Shown here one piece after another: positions 63,285 through 64,000 of a DNA stretch of 64,000 nucleotides (position 1 is its first letter; every line of letters starts with the position of its first letter). A model generated the notes under the pieces. It did not search any database. It was not told the origin of the DNA and saw only the letters and a program-made list of their open reading frames with translations. Source of the stretch: Escherichia phage cardinal; the sequence record PQ567651.1. One strand, written 5' to 3'. Position numbers and translations under genes: made by a program.

Positions 63285-64000
63285 ATGAAAGTTTTAAGTC
63301 TTTTTGATGGTATGTCAGGAGGAATGCTTGCGCTAAAAAGTGCAGGTATTGAAGTAGATACATATTATGCTTCAGAATTAGACAAATTCGCCATAGCTGA
63401 AAGCCAAGCAAATTTTCCAGATATTATTCAGTTAGGTGATGTTACAAAATGGAGAGAATGGGATATCCCGTGGGGAGAAATTGATCTTTTGTTAGGTGGT
63501 AGTCCGTGTCAAGGCTTCTCTTCTTCTGGTAAGGGTTTGAACTTTCAAGATCCGCGATCTAAGCTATTCTTCGAATATGTTGAGATTCTTGAACATATTA
63601 AAAAGTTTAACCCTAATGTTAAGTTCATGCTTGAAAACGTTAAGATGAAAGTGGAGTGGGAAAACGTGATCACAAGTTACTTAGGTGTTGATCCCGTATT
63701 CATTAACTCCGCAGATTTCACGGCACAGAATAGACAACGTTTATACTGGTGCAACTGGGAAATAAAGCCTTGGGATATTACCAATGCAGTGCTGCAAGAT
63801 ATCATTGAAGATGATAGTATTGTAGACAGAGATAAGGCTTATTGCATAGATGCAAATTATGCCAAAGGTGGTAATATAGAACAGTATTTTGAAAAGAGTC
63901 GCAGACAACTGGTTTTTTATCCGGCAGCAATATATGGGCGTAGAATTAATGAAAATGGCAAACGTAGTACATCTAAAACTGATCGTTTGGTACATTGTTT
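63285..64000 (+). CDS. DNA (cytosine-5)-methyltransferase, partial (runs off window end)
   Basis: My translation from ATG 63285 gives MKVLSLFDGMSGGMLAL (motif I), GGSPCQGFS (motif IV, PCQ), ENV (motif VI). Confidence 0.7.
   Translation, partial: MKVLSLFDGMSGGMLALKSAGIEVDTYYASELDKFAIAESQANFPDIIQLGDVTKWREWDIPWGEIDLLLGGSPCQGFSSSGKGLNFQDPRSKLFFEYVEILEHIKKFNPNVKFMLENVKMKVEWENVITSYLGVDPVFINSADFTAQNRQRLYWCNWEIKPWDITNAVLQDIIEDDSIVDRDKAYCIDANYAKGGNIEQYFEKSRRQLVFYPAAIYGRRINENGKRSTSKTDRLVHC

Overview
This window reads as a lytic, tailed (myovirus-type) phage genome segment; I could not run any search, so every call below is from reading the sequence and the ORF track. Positions 1-25,411 (minus strand) hold the structural and packaging module: a beta-helix tailspike, baseplate and tail proteins, tape measure, tail assembly chaperone with a -1 frameshift site, tube, sheath, neck proteins, major capsid, decoration, scaffold, portal and a split terminase large subunit. 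Spanins and a few small genes follow, then a minus-strand array of about 19 tRNA or tRNA-like genes (26.9-29.8 kb), several of them structurally atypical. Next comes an adjacent Nampt-like and Prs-like gene pair (30.5-33.2 kb) and a 420-bp AT-rich divergent intergenic region. From 33.66 kb on the plus strand lies an early/metabolic block: a phosphoesterase, RNA ligase and polynucleotide kinase cassette, DNA ligase, RNase H, exonuclease, tdk, ThyX, NrdA/NrdB, glutaredoxin, lysozyme, PhoH, an HslV-like peptidase, two DNA methyltransferases and a serine recombinase. The most interesting observations are the two-gene NAD+ module, the three-gene RNA repair cassette beside the tRNA array, and a terminase gene carrying both a mini-intein in its P-loop and a group I intron with an HNH endonuclease. 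The gene content (Nampt plus Prs, large tRNA array, many HNH genes) resembles Felix O1-type myoviruses, but that is an inference from memory, not a database result. No CRISPR array or rRNA was seen.
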